Positions 12,379-27,049 of a stretch of DNA of 64,000 nt are shown in pieces. The stretch's first letter is position 1. Each line of letters opens with the position of its first letter. The stretch is from Octopus sinensis (Eukaryota): the NCBI RefSeq assembly GCF_006345805.1, contig NC_042998.1:131750001-131814000 (forward strand), in the 5' to 3' direction. The notes under the pieces were generated by a model, which saw only the letters and a list, made by a program, of their open reading frames with translations, did no database searches and was not told the DNA's origin. A program made the position numbers and the translations under genes.

Positions 12379-12705
12379 CTATGTCACCGACTGCCAGCAA
12401 TGTCCCGTTTCTCTTCCTCTTCCTCTTTTTTTCCTCTCAGCTGAGGGAGGGTGCATCTCCTCCGTGACCGGGAGATTCACCTCCCCTCCCTCATACCCAG
12501 GATCCTTCGGTGAGCACCCATTGTTGCTCACCTTCTTCCTCTTCCCTGAAGAATCCTCCGTCTCCTCAGCCGCCATCGTTTCCTCTTCTACAAAGGTCTC
12601 AATTGACTGCTCCAGGACTTTGCTTTGTTCCTGGGGACAGCTTTCCTTTATATGGCCAGGCAAACCACAGATCCAGGACCTTTCTTTTCGATACTGCTTC
12701 CTCAT
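12379..12705 (-). pseudogene. Degenerate retroelement ORF1/gag-like zinc-knuckle fragment
   Basis: SWICGLPGHIKESCP resembles CX2CX4HX4C with the first Cys lost. Confidence 0.5.
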
Positions 12706-12984
12706 TCAGGTGTTTAAAGTATTCATCATGTATTTCTTAATTATTTTTCTCCCTCGTATTTTTTGTATTCATTGACATTATTGATATTATTTTTATACAG
12801 TCTTAGCGGTTCGGCAAAAGAGACCGATAGAATAAGTACTGGGCTTACAATGAATAAGTCCCGGGGTCGATTAAAGGCGGTGCTCCAGCATGGCCGCAGT
12901 CAAATGACTGAAACATGTAAAAGAGTAAAAGAGTAAAAGAGAGTCTATTTTTAATTTCCATAATATCGTAACCCATATAATAAT

Positions 12985-13056
12985 ATACCGTGGTGGAATT
13001 TACTTACGGTGAAATCTACCTGGGGGAATTTTCCGTGGTGGAATTTACCTGTCACC
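12985..13056. repeat. About 15-bp tandem repeat ending ACCTGTCACC, likely a DNA-transposon subterminal end
   Basis: About four GTGGTGGAATTTACC-like units. Confidence 0.55.
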
Positions 13057-13239
13057 GAGGGCGCTCTGCTTCGTCTCATTCCACTGTGCTCTCTTAAACT
13101 CACGCCCCATTTCCATCAATAAAACCACCACAAGCATTACATACACATATGGACAGATGATGCGTACATTTATTTTTAGCTATCGATACACATAGACACA
13201 CTGTCTCTCAATCGTGTTCTTCTCTCCCTCTCTTTACAC

Positions 13240-13275
<36 letters not shown>

Positions 13276-13359
13276 AAATAAATACTTGTATACAATGAAC
13301 TGTGCACACTCAACACAGTTGCGTACAGACACTCAATATATATCTTTTTCTACTCTCTC

Positions 13360-13770
13360 TTTTTACTCTTTACTCTTTTACTTGTTTCAGTCATTTGACT
13401 GCGGCCATGCTGGAGCACCGCCTTTAATCGAGCAACTCGACCCCGGGACTTATTCTTTTGTAAGCCCAGTACTTATTTTATTGGTCTCTTTTGCCGAACC
13501 GCTAAGTAACGGGGACGTAAACACACCAGCATCGGTTGTCAAGCAATGCTAGGGAGACAAATACAGACACACAAACACACACACGCATATATATATATAT
13601 ATACACATATATACGACAGGCTTCTTTCAGTTTCCGTCTACCAAATCCACTCACAAGGCTTTGGTCGGCCCGAGGCTATAGTAGAAGACACTTGCCCAAG
13701 GTGCCACTCAGTGGGACTGAACCCAGAACCATGTGGTTGTTTAGCAAGGTACTTACCACACAGCCACTTC
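13360..13770 (-). mobile_element. SINE family A
   Basis: Full body with TTTTAC tail. Confidence 0.9.
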
Positions 13771-13774
13771 TAAA

Positions 13775-14529
13775 GCCCGAAATTTTGGGAGAGGAGGCCA
13801 CTCGATTAGATCGACTCCAGTCGAATTTGAACTTAGAGCGTAAAGACAGACGAAATACTGCTAAGCATTTCGCCCGGCATGCTAACGTTTCAGCCAGCTC
13901 ACCGCCTTTAATAATCTTTTCTATTCTAGGCACAAGGCCCGAAATTTTTGGGGAGGGGGGCAGTCGATTAGATTGACTCCAGTGCACAACTGGTACTTAA
14001 TTTATCGATCCCGAAAGGATGAAATGCAAAGTCGACCTCGGCGGAACTTGAACTCAGAACGTAAAGACAAACGAAATACCGCTAAGCATTTTGCCCGGTG
14101 TGCTAACGTTTCTTATTTCTTTATTGCCCACAAGGGGCTAAACATAGAGGGGACAAGCAAGGACAGACAAAGGGATTAAGTCGATTACATCAACCTCAGT
14201 GTGTAACTGGTACTTAATTTATCGACCCCAAAAGGATGAAAGGCAAAGCCGACCTCGGTGGAATTTGAACTCAGAACGTAACGGCAGACGAAATACCTAT
14301 TTCTTTATTACCCACAAGGGGATAAACATAGAGGGGACAAACAAGGACAGACATAGGTATTTAGTCGATTACATCGACCCTAGTGCGTAACTGGTACTTA
14401 ATTTTTCGACCCCGAAAGGATGAAAGGCAAAGTCGACCTCGGCGGAATTTGAACTCAAAACGTAACGGCAGAGGAAATACCGCTAAGTATTTCGCCCGGC
14501 GTGCTAACGTTTCTGCCAGCTCGCCGCCT
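13775..14529 (-). mobile_element. Multimeric SINE family B cluster
   Basis: Same unit junctions as 3545-4171. Confidence 0.9.
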
Positions 14530-15155
14530 TAGACAACCAATATATATCATAAATATACTCATATACAAATAACTACACACACATACACACACCCGCACGC
14601 ACACATACACACACCCGCACACACACATACACACACCCGCGCACACACATACACGCGCGCGCGCGCACACACACATATCTTTATCTTTTGTCTTCTACTT
14701 CTTTCACCCCTTTGGAGAATTTTTGGTCAAATGGATCGCCCTAGGACCCATCTTTTTAAGTTTGGTACTTATTCTATCAGTCTCTTGCCGAACTGCAAAG
14801 TTACGGGCACGTAAACACACGAATACCTGTTGTCAAGCGAAGGAGGGGGTAGGGAGGCGGAGACAGTCACAGACTCAAACACACACACGCGCGCGCGCGC
14901 GCACACATATATGGCGGGCTTCTTTCAGTTTCCGCCTACACAATCCTCTCACAACTCCCTCGGTGTGCCGTCTAAAGGACAAATAAACAGATATAATCAA
15001 ATATAGCAGTTTTATACTTCAGTCTATCTGTTTAAATAGTAGTAAACTCGTTTCTTAGTGTTATTAGCTATCTCTCCATGTAAATCTCTCCAACTATGCT
15101 TAAGTGATCGTGGGCATATTTGTACGTTTGTTTATTTTAAATATCTGTGTATATA

Positions 15156-15560
15156 GGCGCAGGAGTGGCTGTGTGGTAAGTAGCTTGCTAACCAACCACA
15201 TGGTTCTGGGTTCAGTCCCACTGCGTGGCATCTTGGGCAGGTGTCTTCTGCTATAGCCCCAGGCCGACCAATGCCTTGTGAGTGGATTTGGTAGAAGCCT
15301 GTCGTATATATGTATATATATATATATATATATATAGTGTGTGTGTGTGTGTTTGTGTTTGTCCCCCTAGCATTGCTTGACAACCGATGCTGGTGTGTTT
15401 ACATCCCCGTCACTTAGCGGTTCGGCAAAAGACACCGATAGAATAAGTACTGGGCTTACAAAGAATAAGTCCCGGGGTCGATTTGCTCGACTAAAGGCGG
15501 TGCTCCAGCATGGCCGCAGTCAAATGACTGAAACAAGTAAAAGTGTAAAAGAGTAAAGAG
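15156..15560 (+). mobile_element. SINE family A, near full length
   Basis: GGCGCAGGAGTGGCTGTGTGGTAAG ... GAAACAAGTAAAAG. Confidence 0.9.
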
Positions 15561-15614
15561 TATATACAGATAAATAGGGGGGGGGGAATCGATAAGTAAT
15601 CGGTGTGTGTGTGA

Positions 15615-15753
15615 GTGGGGTCGATTTCAAACTTCTACGGCACCCCTGAACTAAAAATATAGCTAAAAGTATAGGGAGAAAAATTATATTCGGATTACAC
15701 TGCGAGACACCTGGCGCAACAGTGTGCTGCGGCATGCCGGTCGCAGAGCACTG
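15615..15753. mobile_element. End of a hAT-like non-autonomous element
   Basis: Ends GGTCGCAGAGCACTG; similar terminus GTTGCGGAGCACTG at 1-14. Confidence 0.5.
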
Positions 15754-18699
15754 GTGTAAGATCCATGGTTATTTTGCATGAGGTTGTCACCCAATGGGGT
15801 GGTGGTGGAATATTAAATTAGCGGACTTATATCTTTTCAGTAGTTGATTCGTGATCCTTATGTGCCGCTCCTATCGTATTGTGCAATGGTGTGTCTATTT
15901 GCATGCATCTAGTATATTATAAAAGTGAGTGGCTTTCTCTAAAGTCACTTCTGGTTCACACTTCGATATTGGAGAAGGCTCTATCGAAAATTGTCCTATT
16001 GAATTAGATATTATTGTACTAGGCTCCTAATTATTACTAGGGGCTGGATTAAGTTCTTATAGGAAGATACAGTCTCTTTGTTTATTTTCATGTAAAGCTG
16101 TAAGAGATCTGCTCAAATGGTATGTAGAAAGTTAGATATCATTAGTCTGCTAGAATATCTGTATTAGAGATTTATTTTACAATGAAAATCCGAGTAGTGA
16201 CATTTGAGTCACCTTGTGTATTTTCATCCAAATTTGAGACGAATACCAACATTTACACACACACATACATATCTATTAGCACATAGGTAGAAAAGGTGAA
16301 GAAAATAACACTGGAATAATAACGGTAGGGTAAAACGCGAGTTTACTGTTGAGAAAACCCCACACAAACTGTTGTTCTGAGTTTCCAGTAACTTTTTGTC
16401 TAGTTTTTTTTTCAGTGTCAGTAAAATAGAATGTCTGTGTGTGTGTGTGTGTGTTGTGTGTATGTGGTGGGGTGTAAGGTCATCAGGCAATGTGTGGCCT
16501 GGCATTCGTAATACATCTGCTGCTTTTAAGTTGCCTTGTTTCAAGACTGGTTCTTAATATGTGCAACGACTGAGGCTTCGTACTAGTGAAGGAATGTTTA
16601 GGGTGTGTCTGTGTGTGTGTGGTGCCTGCGTATAATGTTTGTGTCTCTGAAAGTATGTCTATGAGTATGTATTTATGTTTTTTCATGTATGTGAGATTCC
16701 ATGAGGTCGCCTGATCTGCTAGAAATGGAAGCTAAATTTCTTTCATAGCACGTTAACCATCATAAAAGAGGAAGGACACTATAGATGATACAGTAGAAGA
16801 TATAATCCTACAGAATGGCCACGACTGAAATAATTTCGATCATGTCCACTTGATGAAAGCTGACATAGAGTTAAACAACAATAAACGACACCAACAACAA
16901 ACAACACTAACAAGCAACTACATTTATAAACCACTTTACCAAAATAACCTCCCATTTTAATTCTCATTTATAGAGGTTTAGCGCTAAGCCCTTTTCAGGA
17001 GAATGAAAATTCATTCTGTCTCTTTTTTCTCATATTCGTGGTGATGGTAGCAAAAGCGAGGGTGTTAATAACAGCAGCAGTTGTAGTGATTGCAATTGTA
17101 GTAGCGGTAGGGGTAAGATTGCTCTGGTCATGAAAAGGGTTAAGAGTTTAGTTCCACCTGCTAGAATTAATTATCTTACCATTTCTTTCCTTCCTCTTCT
17201 TTTTTTTTTCTTTTCTCAGATGTATTTCTCCATTTATTTACTTATTGATTTTTTTTTATCTATTTCTTTGTTCCTTTGTTTGTTTACGTGTTTAATTAGT
17301 TATTTGTGAAATATTTTCGACAAATATATCATGAGTATCATATACGGATGAGTGAAACTCTTGACATTTCTGGGAGAAAATGGCTTAGAGATAAAAGAGA
17401 AAGACAGACACCCTCATAAAAATGTTAGAGAGAGTGTGAAGGGAAGGCGAAGATTAAAACGATAAAGATAATCATACGAGTATGAGGAGAGAGAGAGACA
17501 CACAGACAGACAGATAGACAAACAGAGTGACACAGAGAGAGGATGAGATAGAGAAAAAGAGAGAGGGTGGAGAGAATGAGAGAACTTGTCAAAGAGACAA
17601 ACTTTTGAATGCTTCCCATTGACATCTTAGCATGTTATCTGATATCTCGTCAAGAGATGTGAGACTTTCCATCACCAAATTGAGAGCGATGTCGGCGTGA
17701 CTGACAGATAAGACAAGCTTAACTGTACATGTTAGCCGAAGAACGACAGCATACACATCGGTATGGGGCAAAATCTTATTATAAGTCCTTAATATTAGCG
17801 ATTAGCTCAGGGTGTTATATGACAAAATCGGTAGCGGCGCCTGGGTAAAATGCCTTGCGGTATTTAGTTGTACGCTATTTCCTAACTAAAGGCACTTACT
17901 AGTGTTTAGCACGTCTGCAGAAAATTCAAAGGGCTAACGAGTGAAAATGTAGGTAGTCACCCGACCGCTTATGTAGCCAAATATCTCCCAAATCCTGCGT
18001 TCTAAAAAATAGTAGGGCCATTAAATAAGGTAATAAACTAGGGCTTCAAGAACAACATGTGATCTACAAATAAAGTTTGTTCGCTCCATCTTTTCCCAAA
18101 AAGGTGTTTGTGTGTCAGTGTAAATATATATTTTCTGGTTTGTTTATTAAAAGACCAGCGCCCTTTCTCGTTCTATCCAAAAGTAACTAACTATACTGTA
18201 TATCTGAATATGAAAGATTGCTTGGAAACCCAAGGCTTGATATATAAGCTTACCAGTTCATTGTGTTTTCATAGCATGAAACTAATAATAGCTCGTATTC
18301 AAATATGGTGTGTATCGGTTCCAAATTTTGGAACAAGGCAAGTACTTTCGGTGGGGAGGCGTAAGTCGATTACATCGACCCCAGTCTGTCTTATTTGGTT
18401 AACCAGGTTTAACCCGAAATTTGAGTTCTCATTTCATTTTATTTTTACAAGTATTCTAAATTCATTATCATTTGCACTCATCTTTTACTTCACAACTTTT
18501 TCCACTTCACAAAGCCTTTCTATATCCTTGCAAACTTTTTTTTAAATACTATAACATTTAAAAATATATATAACATTACTCGATATGACTTCAAGCTGTG
18601 TAAGTAGGAGATATTTTAAGCTTTCTCAATTTTTAATATATATATTTTGTTTCGGGATTTGGATTGCAAGATTCTTTAAATGAGTTCGTGTGCTGAAGC

Positions 18700-18943
18700 A
18701 TATTTTATTGTTTCTGGGGAGAGTCGTTCTCTTTTAGTGCCTTATTATTTAACACACTCACCGGTATAGTTATCCGAACGCAGTTCGGATAACGGACAGT
18801 GCCAACGACTGTTGAAAAGTTTGCAAGACGCAACGAAAATTTTACGAAAAATAAATAAGTAAATGAGTGGAAACTAAACCGGTGAGTGTGTTAAATAATA
18901 AAGCACTAAAAGAGAATAACTCTCCCCAGACACAACACAATAT
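18700..18943. mobile_element. MITE-like fold-back with about 66-bp inverted arms
   Basis: 18700-18765 versus 18878-18943 (CTGGGGAGAG..TTTAACACACTCACCGGT and its reverse complement). Confidence 0.75.
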
Positions 18944-19967
18944 ATATAAATTAAATAGAGAAATACAATTATTGACAATCTAACAATTTTATTTACGTTA
19001 TAATATATAATATAAATAACCAATTAAAAAAAAAACAAATAAAGCCAACAATTTGTTTCGACTTACATACATGATTTGATTTATAAACAATTCATATCTA
19101 TGTATTCAAGACTCTTCATGGCCTTGGTTCAAAAAGACAGGCGAAATTCCATGTAAAGGGACTGTCAGATTACAAAATACTGATTCAAAATACCCGTGTT
19201 TAGGAGCGTGAGCGTTAACAAACATAATAAATACAATAAAAGAGCAACAAAATTCAAATGGATATACCAACCTCTGTTCCCGATATATGGGATGTGTGGG
19301 GCTTCACGTGCGCTTGTGCATGTGTGTCCAGATACGTCTGCGTGTCTGTGCTAATCTGCCGAGCCAATCGATAGTTTCGTAGCGTTTGCCGACCTACTAG
19401 ACTGGTGCTGCTGATACGTTTGATGTCCACCTTATATTTCTTTAGGTTAAAGCTTATCACAAACATTCGGACGGGGAGAAAGAGCGAGGGAGCTTCGAAA
19501 ATTGCTTGAGTTATCTCCATGCTTTACCAATGGACGAAAATCATTCGTTCTCAAACAGATCAAAACACTTTACTACAAAGAAGTGCCATTATCCATGAGC
19601 GGGGGCAACATAATTTTAAATTTGACTGCTTAACGTTCCTACTTCGTAATTTACCTACGGTGAGCCGCCACGTAGCGTTATCAGCCATTGTATGATGAGT
19701 GAAATAGTATAAGAGAATCGCTCTTTCATCAGTTCGGTCCACCCTCTGTCCAGTGTCTGTGAACGAAAGGGACATAAGTACTCTGAAATGCTGCATCTCA
19801 CAGTCTGGAAACAGGGCGCTGCGAACTGATCTAGGTGTACTTACACCATTGTCAATAGCGAGAAATTTTCTCCATGGCAAAACTCAGTGAATGGCCTGTT
19901 TATTAGTCCAAACGTGCCACAAATATATTTGAATTTGAAGTAGTATTGCATCTAAGCAATGCATTTA

Positions 19968-20312
19968 TCTATATATATAAAGCTGAAGTTGTCTGTGTAT
20001 GGCAGGTTCGGTAGCTTTCAACTAACACTATCTCCTCCGAGACCCTGCGGCGCAAGTTGACCAAAATTGAGAGTATGATAGAAGAAGGCTTGATCTTCCT
20101 TCCGTAGAAGAAAAATTTCAAATCGGACCATGTTAACACCAAAAATTATTTACATAAAAAAGTGCTTTTTTTTCTATGACAATCCCTATTTTTTACGATT
20201 TTTTTTTTACTGCTGTGTCGCCATTTTTCGGTGTATTTTTACTTTTCAAAAATTCCAATTCTAAAGGGGCGAAAAGAAAACAAGCCCGAGCAACGCTGGG
20301 CTATACTGCTAG
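19968..20312 (+). mobile_element. Non-autonomous Helitron
   Basis: 5' TCTATATATATAAA, 3' hairpin GCCCGAGCAACGCTGGGC then CTAG; inserted between A and T. Confidence 0.9.
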
Positions 20313-20657
20313 TAATGGATACAGTTCATTATCATGTACATGACGGGTACTTGTTCCGTAGGAGTTACACAGCTATTGTCCAATGTATCATTGGATTGCA
20401 ATTAGTGCTGAGAGATTAACTCTACATCTGGGAATAGCTTGGGAAAGATGATGCACTCCACCTGACAGACTTACCTGTGGACACACGAAGCGATAACTGA
20501 TCTCTTAGGAAACACCTACGACCGAAAGTGTCGAAGCATTTTCTGAAATATCAATATATTTATTTCTTTAAACACGTTTCCTTTACTCTCTCTAACTCTC
20601 TCTCTCTCTCTCTCTCTCTCTTCCTTTCCCTTTCTCTCTTCTATCCCCCCATAATAT

Positions 20658-20746
<89 letters not shown>

Positions 20747-20882
20747 TATATACATATATATATAATTCACGAACTGTTACTCCGAGTTTCACGTAACTGT
20801 TCCTCAAACAGTTGTGATAAAATTTTTTTCGGCTTTAATAATAAAATAGTATTTTACTTGAGTAGTATCTTTTCTTCCTTAG

Positions 20883-20941
<59 letters not shown>

Positions 20942-20978
20942 TACAAGTACACCATCGTCTTTGGATTTGGTTTTATCG

Positions 20979-21010
<32 letters not shown>

Positions 21011-21585
21011 AGTACGGCGAAGATTTATTATTAGCTCGCTTCGCTTCATGTATCTTCAAGTGGCTAACAAAGCCGGCCTTAGATAGACAAACTCTCTTAC
21101 AAGTAGAACATTTTGAGGAGATTATTGCTATCTGTGGGGCTTCCTTTTGCGTTTCGTTTGAATTATGCGTGTGGAATATGACATTCAGTAAATTTTTCTA
21201 CGTAATGTCTTATGTATTGCATTAATATCCCAACCTACCTCATGAACTTTGTGCTTTTTATTCGTTCAGAACAGATTGAAAATAATCCATATGTTCTAGC
21301 TTCAGTTTTTTAAGAAGTCTTTTTTAGAGAACAGAAGTCTCCGTAGAGTGTGGAATTTTATATATTTCCTACAATCTACATAGTCGGCCCACGTCGTTTT
21401 CTTAGGCTGAACTAGAGCTTTCATAAACACACACACACACACACACATACACAAACATGCATACACACAAGTACACCCACATAGATACCCTTATATGTAG
21501 TGTAGATTGCATTATCTATAGGATTGAACAATATAATTTTCCTTTTGCAACTTTTACCCTTCTTTTCATTAGAGGCATGTAGATA

Positions 21586-22461
21586 CAATGTTGTATCAAA
21601 ATGTTCCCGATTTAATCCTGTAACGCGCCAACAGATGGCAATACACGGTCGTGCGCGCCGTGAGAGCTAGTATTGACCTTCCTTCATAACGCAGTGTGCC
21701 AAGTAACATTACTGTGTTTACTTTGCAAGTTGTGAAATTTGTGTTTTTTTTTCTATCACTTGTACGTTGTAGTCTGCGATTTTGTCACGGACAGGAACAA
21801 AGAGCCAACGTCAAATTAGGCAAGTCTGCTACATAGACATTGAGCATGCTTCGATAAACTTACGGTGATGAAGCAATGAATCGTACGCAAAGTTTCGAGT
21901 GGCACGGGTGCTTCAAAAGCGAAAGAACGTCCCTGGAAGACGATGAGCGATCTGGAAAACTTGCCACGAGCGTCACCCTGGGAAATGTGGCATTGTGCAT
22001 CGAGAATTCGTCTCCAGGGCCAGACCGTGAATTGAGAGTGCTGCTGCGAAAGCGACCGAATCTGTGGAGTGTGAATAATTGGATTCTTCACGACTGTGCA
22101 CCCTATCACCGAACTCTCCGAACTCTTGAGTTTCTCACCAAAGACAACATGGTATCGCTTCCGCACCCACCCTATTCGCCAGATTTAATATCTGCGGACT
22201 TCCATCTCTTCCTCAAGAGGAAAATGCAGCTGAAAGGTCGCCGTTTTAACACCGTTACCGAGATCCAGAACGAATCACAGAACGTACTCGACTCACTTAC
22301 GGAAAACGACTTCCAGGCTGCATTCCAAAAGTGTTGGGAACGCTGAGATGGTATATTGCTGCACAAGGCGACTATTTCGAAGGAAATGATGTAAAAACTT
22401 AGGTAAATAAGTTATTTTTTATTAAACATAACTAGTCCAGGAACCTTTTGATACCACTTCG
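21586..22461 (+). mobile_element. Internally deleted mariner element with transposase pseudogene
   Basis: TA-flanked diverged TIRs; FEWH..FK....LEDDERSG, WILHD.AP.H, PHPPYSPDL..DFHLF. Confidence 0.92.
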
Positions 22462-22949
22462 TATCGTAGTTTTTTTTAAAGAAATGTATGGTGTGTGATA
22501 AAGATAGGTTTTCTGGGAAGTCACTGTTATGCATCGTGCAGTGTATTTTTAAAGTAAGGGTGGTTGGTTGGTTGATTGATTACTTGATGGGTTGGTTTGT
22601 TAGTTAGTTGGTTCGAAAGCTTATTTATATGGATTAATTTTTTAATTATTGATAAATTTGTCTCTAAATTCAAAGTAACACCCAGAAAATTATCAATAGT
22701 AAAATTATTATCCACAAACTAGGAATTAACCGTGCCTGCAATACCTTCAGATATGCCAAAGCAATAATTGACAATTAATACCCAGTCAGGTCACCGACAT
22801 CTGAACATGATATCATTTTTTCTGTTTCGCAATTGTTAAAGTGGACTCAAAGTAGCATTATTCATCTGCTCTGTAAAGGGAAATCTTGGTACGTTACAAA
22901 ACTCAAATTCTGAGCCATTCCTTCAGAGTAATTCCTGAAACTAGAATGA

Positions 22950-24660
22950 ATCACAGACAGCGTTCTAAGAAGTTTAATCTATTTAGAATGATTTCTTGAT
23001 TAATAGAATCTAACACATCTTTTAGTAGTAAAAAACAATATTTTAATATCGTTTATTGAGGTTTTCAAAAGGACACGCATATAGCCTTTACCGCACTACG
23101 GGTTCTTCTGTCTTTGACTTCAGGATTATCCTTCCGACAAGTTTCATTGTACAGTGCCTTGGTCACAACCTCATGTCTTCTTTATAGATAATAATGAGAT
23201 GTTTTCGGACAAATGCTTATAATGTGAGTGTTACATTCGGTGTTAATTTCACAATGTCTGCATTGGTTATCACATTTCAGTGTTTTTTTCTTATGTCTCT
23301 CTCCCTTTTGTGAATCAAAAAGTTGGTTCATATTTCCTACTACTCGACTGCAAACGCATATCCTTCAAAGAGAGATTTAGTAATCCTCTTGTTGGTCTCT
23401 GGTATCAATGTTGCTGTTATCCAGGAGGAGCTTTCGGCTGACATGTTTATGCATGGCAGTCTGCTGTTTTGCATTCATCCTTTCATCCGATAAGTTGTGG
23501 TAAGGTCATGCAACTTCTTTGGGCATGTATTCGAGATTATCAAACAAGGAATATTTCTCGATGAGCTATTTTCCAAATCTCAAGATGGTATTTGCTTAGT
23601 ATATTTTTTGTCGATAGAATCGCTTCTACATTTGGTCGTTAAAAGATGTTGCCGGCGAAATATGATGTGACATTTAAAAGCTGTCTCAATTGATGTTAAG
23701 CTTCTGCTTCTTAGTTTTAGGTAGAGGTGGTCTACGTCACTGTTGTGGAAATTTTTTTCTGCTGGTCGGTATCTTTCGGATTTTCACATCAATAATTCGG
23801 ATCTCAACAAGTATCAAATCAAGTAGCCCAAATGTTTGTATGAGTACTGGCACTGCAGAAACATTGTGAGTCACTATTTTATCGGAGGCAGACAGTTATG
23901 AGGTTCATATTTTATTTATCAAGCTTTTATATTCTTTTGTGACACGTTCATTATTACAGGTACAAACCAACGTAGGGTACGCTTTCATTTATCCTTAGTT
24001 ACCAACATCATTCTTTATCCGTCAGATATCGGACAAACAGTCAATTCATTAATGAAGATGCTATTACTCTGGTGCATAGTTTCCCCTCGTTTCACATCCA
24101 TATAGGAACATTATTATTGACCAAACTCTATCCCTATATCATTTGAGAATGTTGTAAATCTTACAAATCAAGTCACTTTTTCATGTAATGCATATTTCTC
24201 ACATAGAGCTTCAAGTCCTCTACAAAGAAACAGTGTACTTCTGTCACCACTTGAAACAATGGAATACTCTTCAAACTTCCTCAGCATAACAAGAGGTTTA
24301 CTGAAACTATGAACAGCATCCCAGAGAGGCTGTCCCCGTGGAATATGCCTCTGAAATATAGTATTTCATCGGTGATAATACAATTATTCTTTATAATTAA
24401 CTTCAAGATAAGAGCCCAGAACGAAGTCAGGCCAGCAGAAACTTTGACTATTCTCTGTGGAACTTTAGGGAGTGGAAAGGCCTTCAAGCATTCTCGAATG
24501 GATGTCGGAACCAAAAGTTTTCATATTGCCCAACCACATTGAAATCCGATCCCTTGTATGATGCTATACTTCTGACATTACAGTTCCTTTGATCAACAAT
24601 TGCTCGGCACATACCCAAACTCCTTTCTTTCCAGATGGTTCTTCTGCTCTGATGATATTA
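22950..24660 (-). mobile_element. Decayed R4/Dong-like non-LTR retrotransposon (RT and zinc knuckle); ends approximate
   Basis: RGIFHGDSLS, HCFFVEDLKLY, FSNDIGIEFG, NQCRHCE....NTHII. Confidence 0.75.
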
Positions 24661-24699
24661 TTTTCACGAAGGTCTTGGAGTAGTAAATTTAAACAGTAC

Positions 24700-24749
<50 letters not shown>

Positions 24750-24753
<4 letters not shown>

Positions 24754-25145
24754 TAATAAATAAAATAAAACATATGCATATATATAAACATATATGTACG
24801 TACCTACCTCTACATGTACATATACACGCATATATGAGTACAGGACACCAAAAAGGACGTCGAACACAATGAGAAACGAAAACATAGACACAAACCAAAG
24901 GAACTGGACATTTATTTAAAAACAGCAAAAAAATAGAATACAGGACAATTAACACAAAGAAAAAAACCCTTCTTCAGTCGCTAAAGCTTTCATCTACTCT
25001 ACGTTTCGAAGGATAAAAGCGAGACGTATCTTCGACAAGAAAACTTTCCTTCCTGCGAAGAGCAAATCAATTAAAATTCTGAGATCTTTTCGCAGAGGGA
25101 TAAAAAATAGTAACAACAGGACAGTAACGACAGTGCATATTATAA
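24750..25145 (-). mobile_element. Second, longer copy of the 10283-10535 repeat
   Basis: Shared CCTTCGAAACG..TAGATGAAA..TTTAGCGACTGAAGAAGGG and GTAGAGGTAGGTACGTAC. Confidence 0.7.
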
Positions 25146-25263
25146 ACGCACACACACACACATATATATATATACACACACACATATATATATACACACA
25201 CACACATATATATATACATATACATACACACACACACATAAATATATACATACACACACACAT

Positions 25264-25310
<47 letters not shown>

Positions 25311-25691
25311 CACACGTATAAAATACGCATAATAGATAGATAAACAGACAGAGAGATATGCATAAATACAATAATACAATCATATATTTGCATTTGTTTG
25401 TATTGATATATATTTGTATGTGTGTGTATGTGTGAGTGTGTGTGAGTGTGCGTGTGCCTGCGTGTGTGTGTGTTTGCGTGTGTCATCCCGTCACTTTTAT
25501 ATCACCTAATAGCCGCTTAATCAGTTTTATTTTTATCTTATACATATCCATTTATATCCTTAATGAGTTGAAGCAGTGTCATTGCTCTTTTCACCACACT
25601 TTACCACCTCTTGTACATACATATATGGCATAAGTATGTGCGTATGTGTGTGCGCGCGTGTATTTATATGTATGAATGTATGTATGTATAT

Positions 25692-25735
<44 letters not shown>

Positions 25736-25899
25736 TATATACACATACACACAAACATACACACACACAAAATCTTAGGACTTGTTAAAAGCTGGTAACT
25801 AGGCCAATGACATTGTATATTTGCATTTGTGTGTGCGTGTGTGTATACATAGAGAGAAGGAAGGAGGGAGAAAGGGGGAAACAGACAGCCGCAGACAGA

Positions 25900-25903
25900 A
25901 GAC

Positions 25904-25975
<72 letters not shown>

Positions 25976-26048
25976 GGATATATAGATGGATAGATAGATA
26001 GATAGATGGATAGATAGATGGATAGATAGATGGATAGATAGATGGATG

Positions 26049-26142
<94 letters not shown>

Positions 26143-26180
26143 CTGATTGTCTGATTGATTGATTGATTGATTGATTGATT
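25900..26180. repeat. (GATA)n/(GATT)n microsatellite
   Basis: Direct inspection. Confidence 0.95.
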
Positions 26181-26243
26181 AATTCACAGACAGATAAATA
26201 TATGCATGCATAATATGTATATATGTATATTCATATGTGTGTG

Positions 26244-26282
<39 letters not shown>

Positions 26283-26609
26283 GCGCACACATTACACACA
26301 AGCATATATTTCTATGTGTTTATGCGTGTTAGTGAATATTTGTGTCACTCAGGCTATTCCCTACATCTCATCTGTTGGTCAGATGTACTTATTTATCTGT
26401 TATTCTCATATCTATCTCAATACCCTGTTGCTTCGTGTCGATAACCTAGAACCGAGTCATCGGCCTCTTAATAGCTCCTTCTAGAACGACAAATCTCAGA
26501 CATCTATGATACCGTTTCAAACGGCCAGACATATCCGGCCTCATAAAAGTTTATCATATTGGATCGCAAACAAAGTTCATCTAATATTGTAGAATCTTCT
26601 TTGTCTAAT

Positions 26610-26985
26610 TAGTAGCTTGCTAACCAACCACAATGGTTCCGGATTCAGTCCCAATGCGTGGCATCTTGGGCAAGTGTCTTCTGCTATAGCCCAATGCCTT
26701 GTGAGTGGATTTGGTAGACGGAAACTGAAAGAAGCCCGTCGTATATATGTATATATATGTATGTGTGTGTGTGTTTGTGTGTCTGTGTTTGTCCCCCTAG
26801 CATTGCTTGACAACCGATGCTGGTGTGTTTACCTCCCCATCACTTAGCGGTTCGGCAAAAGAGACCGATATAATAAGTACTGGACTTACACAGAATAAGT
26901 CCCGGGGTCGATTTGCTCGACTAAAGGCGATGCTCCAGCATGGCCGCAGTCAAATGACTGAAACAAGTAAAAGAGTAAAAGAGTA
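26610..26985 (+). mobile_element. SINE family A, 5'-truncated
   Basis: Family motifs. Confidence 0.85.
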
Positions 26986-27049
26986 TAGTCCTCAGTTATA
27001 CCACACAAATATGAATACCCAAAGAATAATTATTCTAGTTACCAATAAT

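Noticed and set aside
19700-19735. Minus-strand CTGATGA followed by an AAGAG/CTCTT hairpin
   Set aside because: GAAA is missing after stem II
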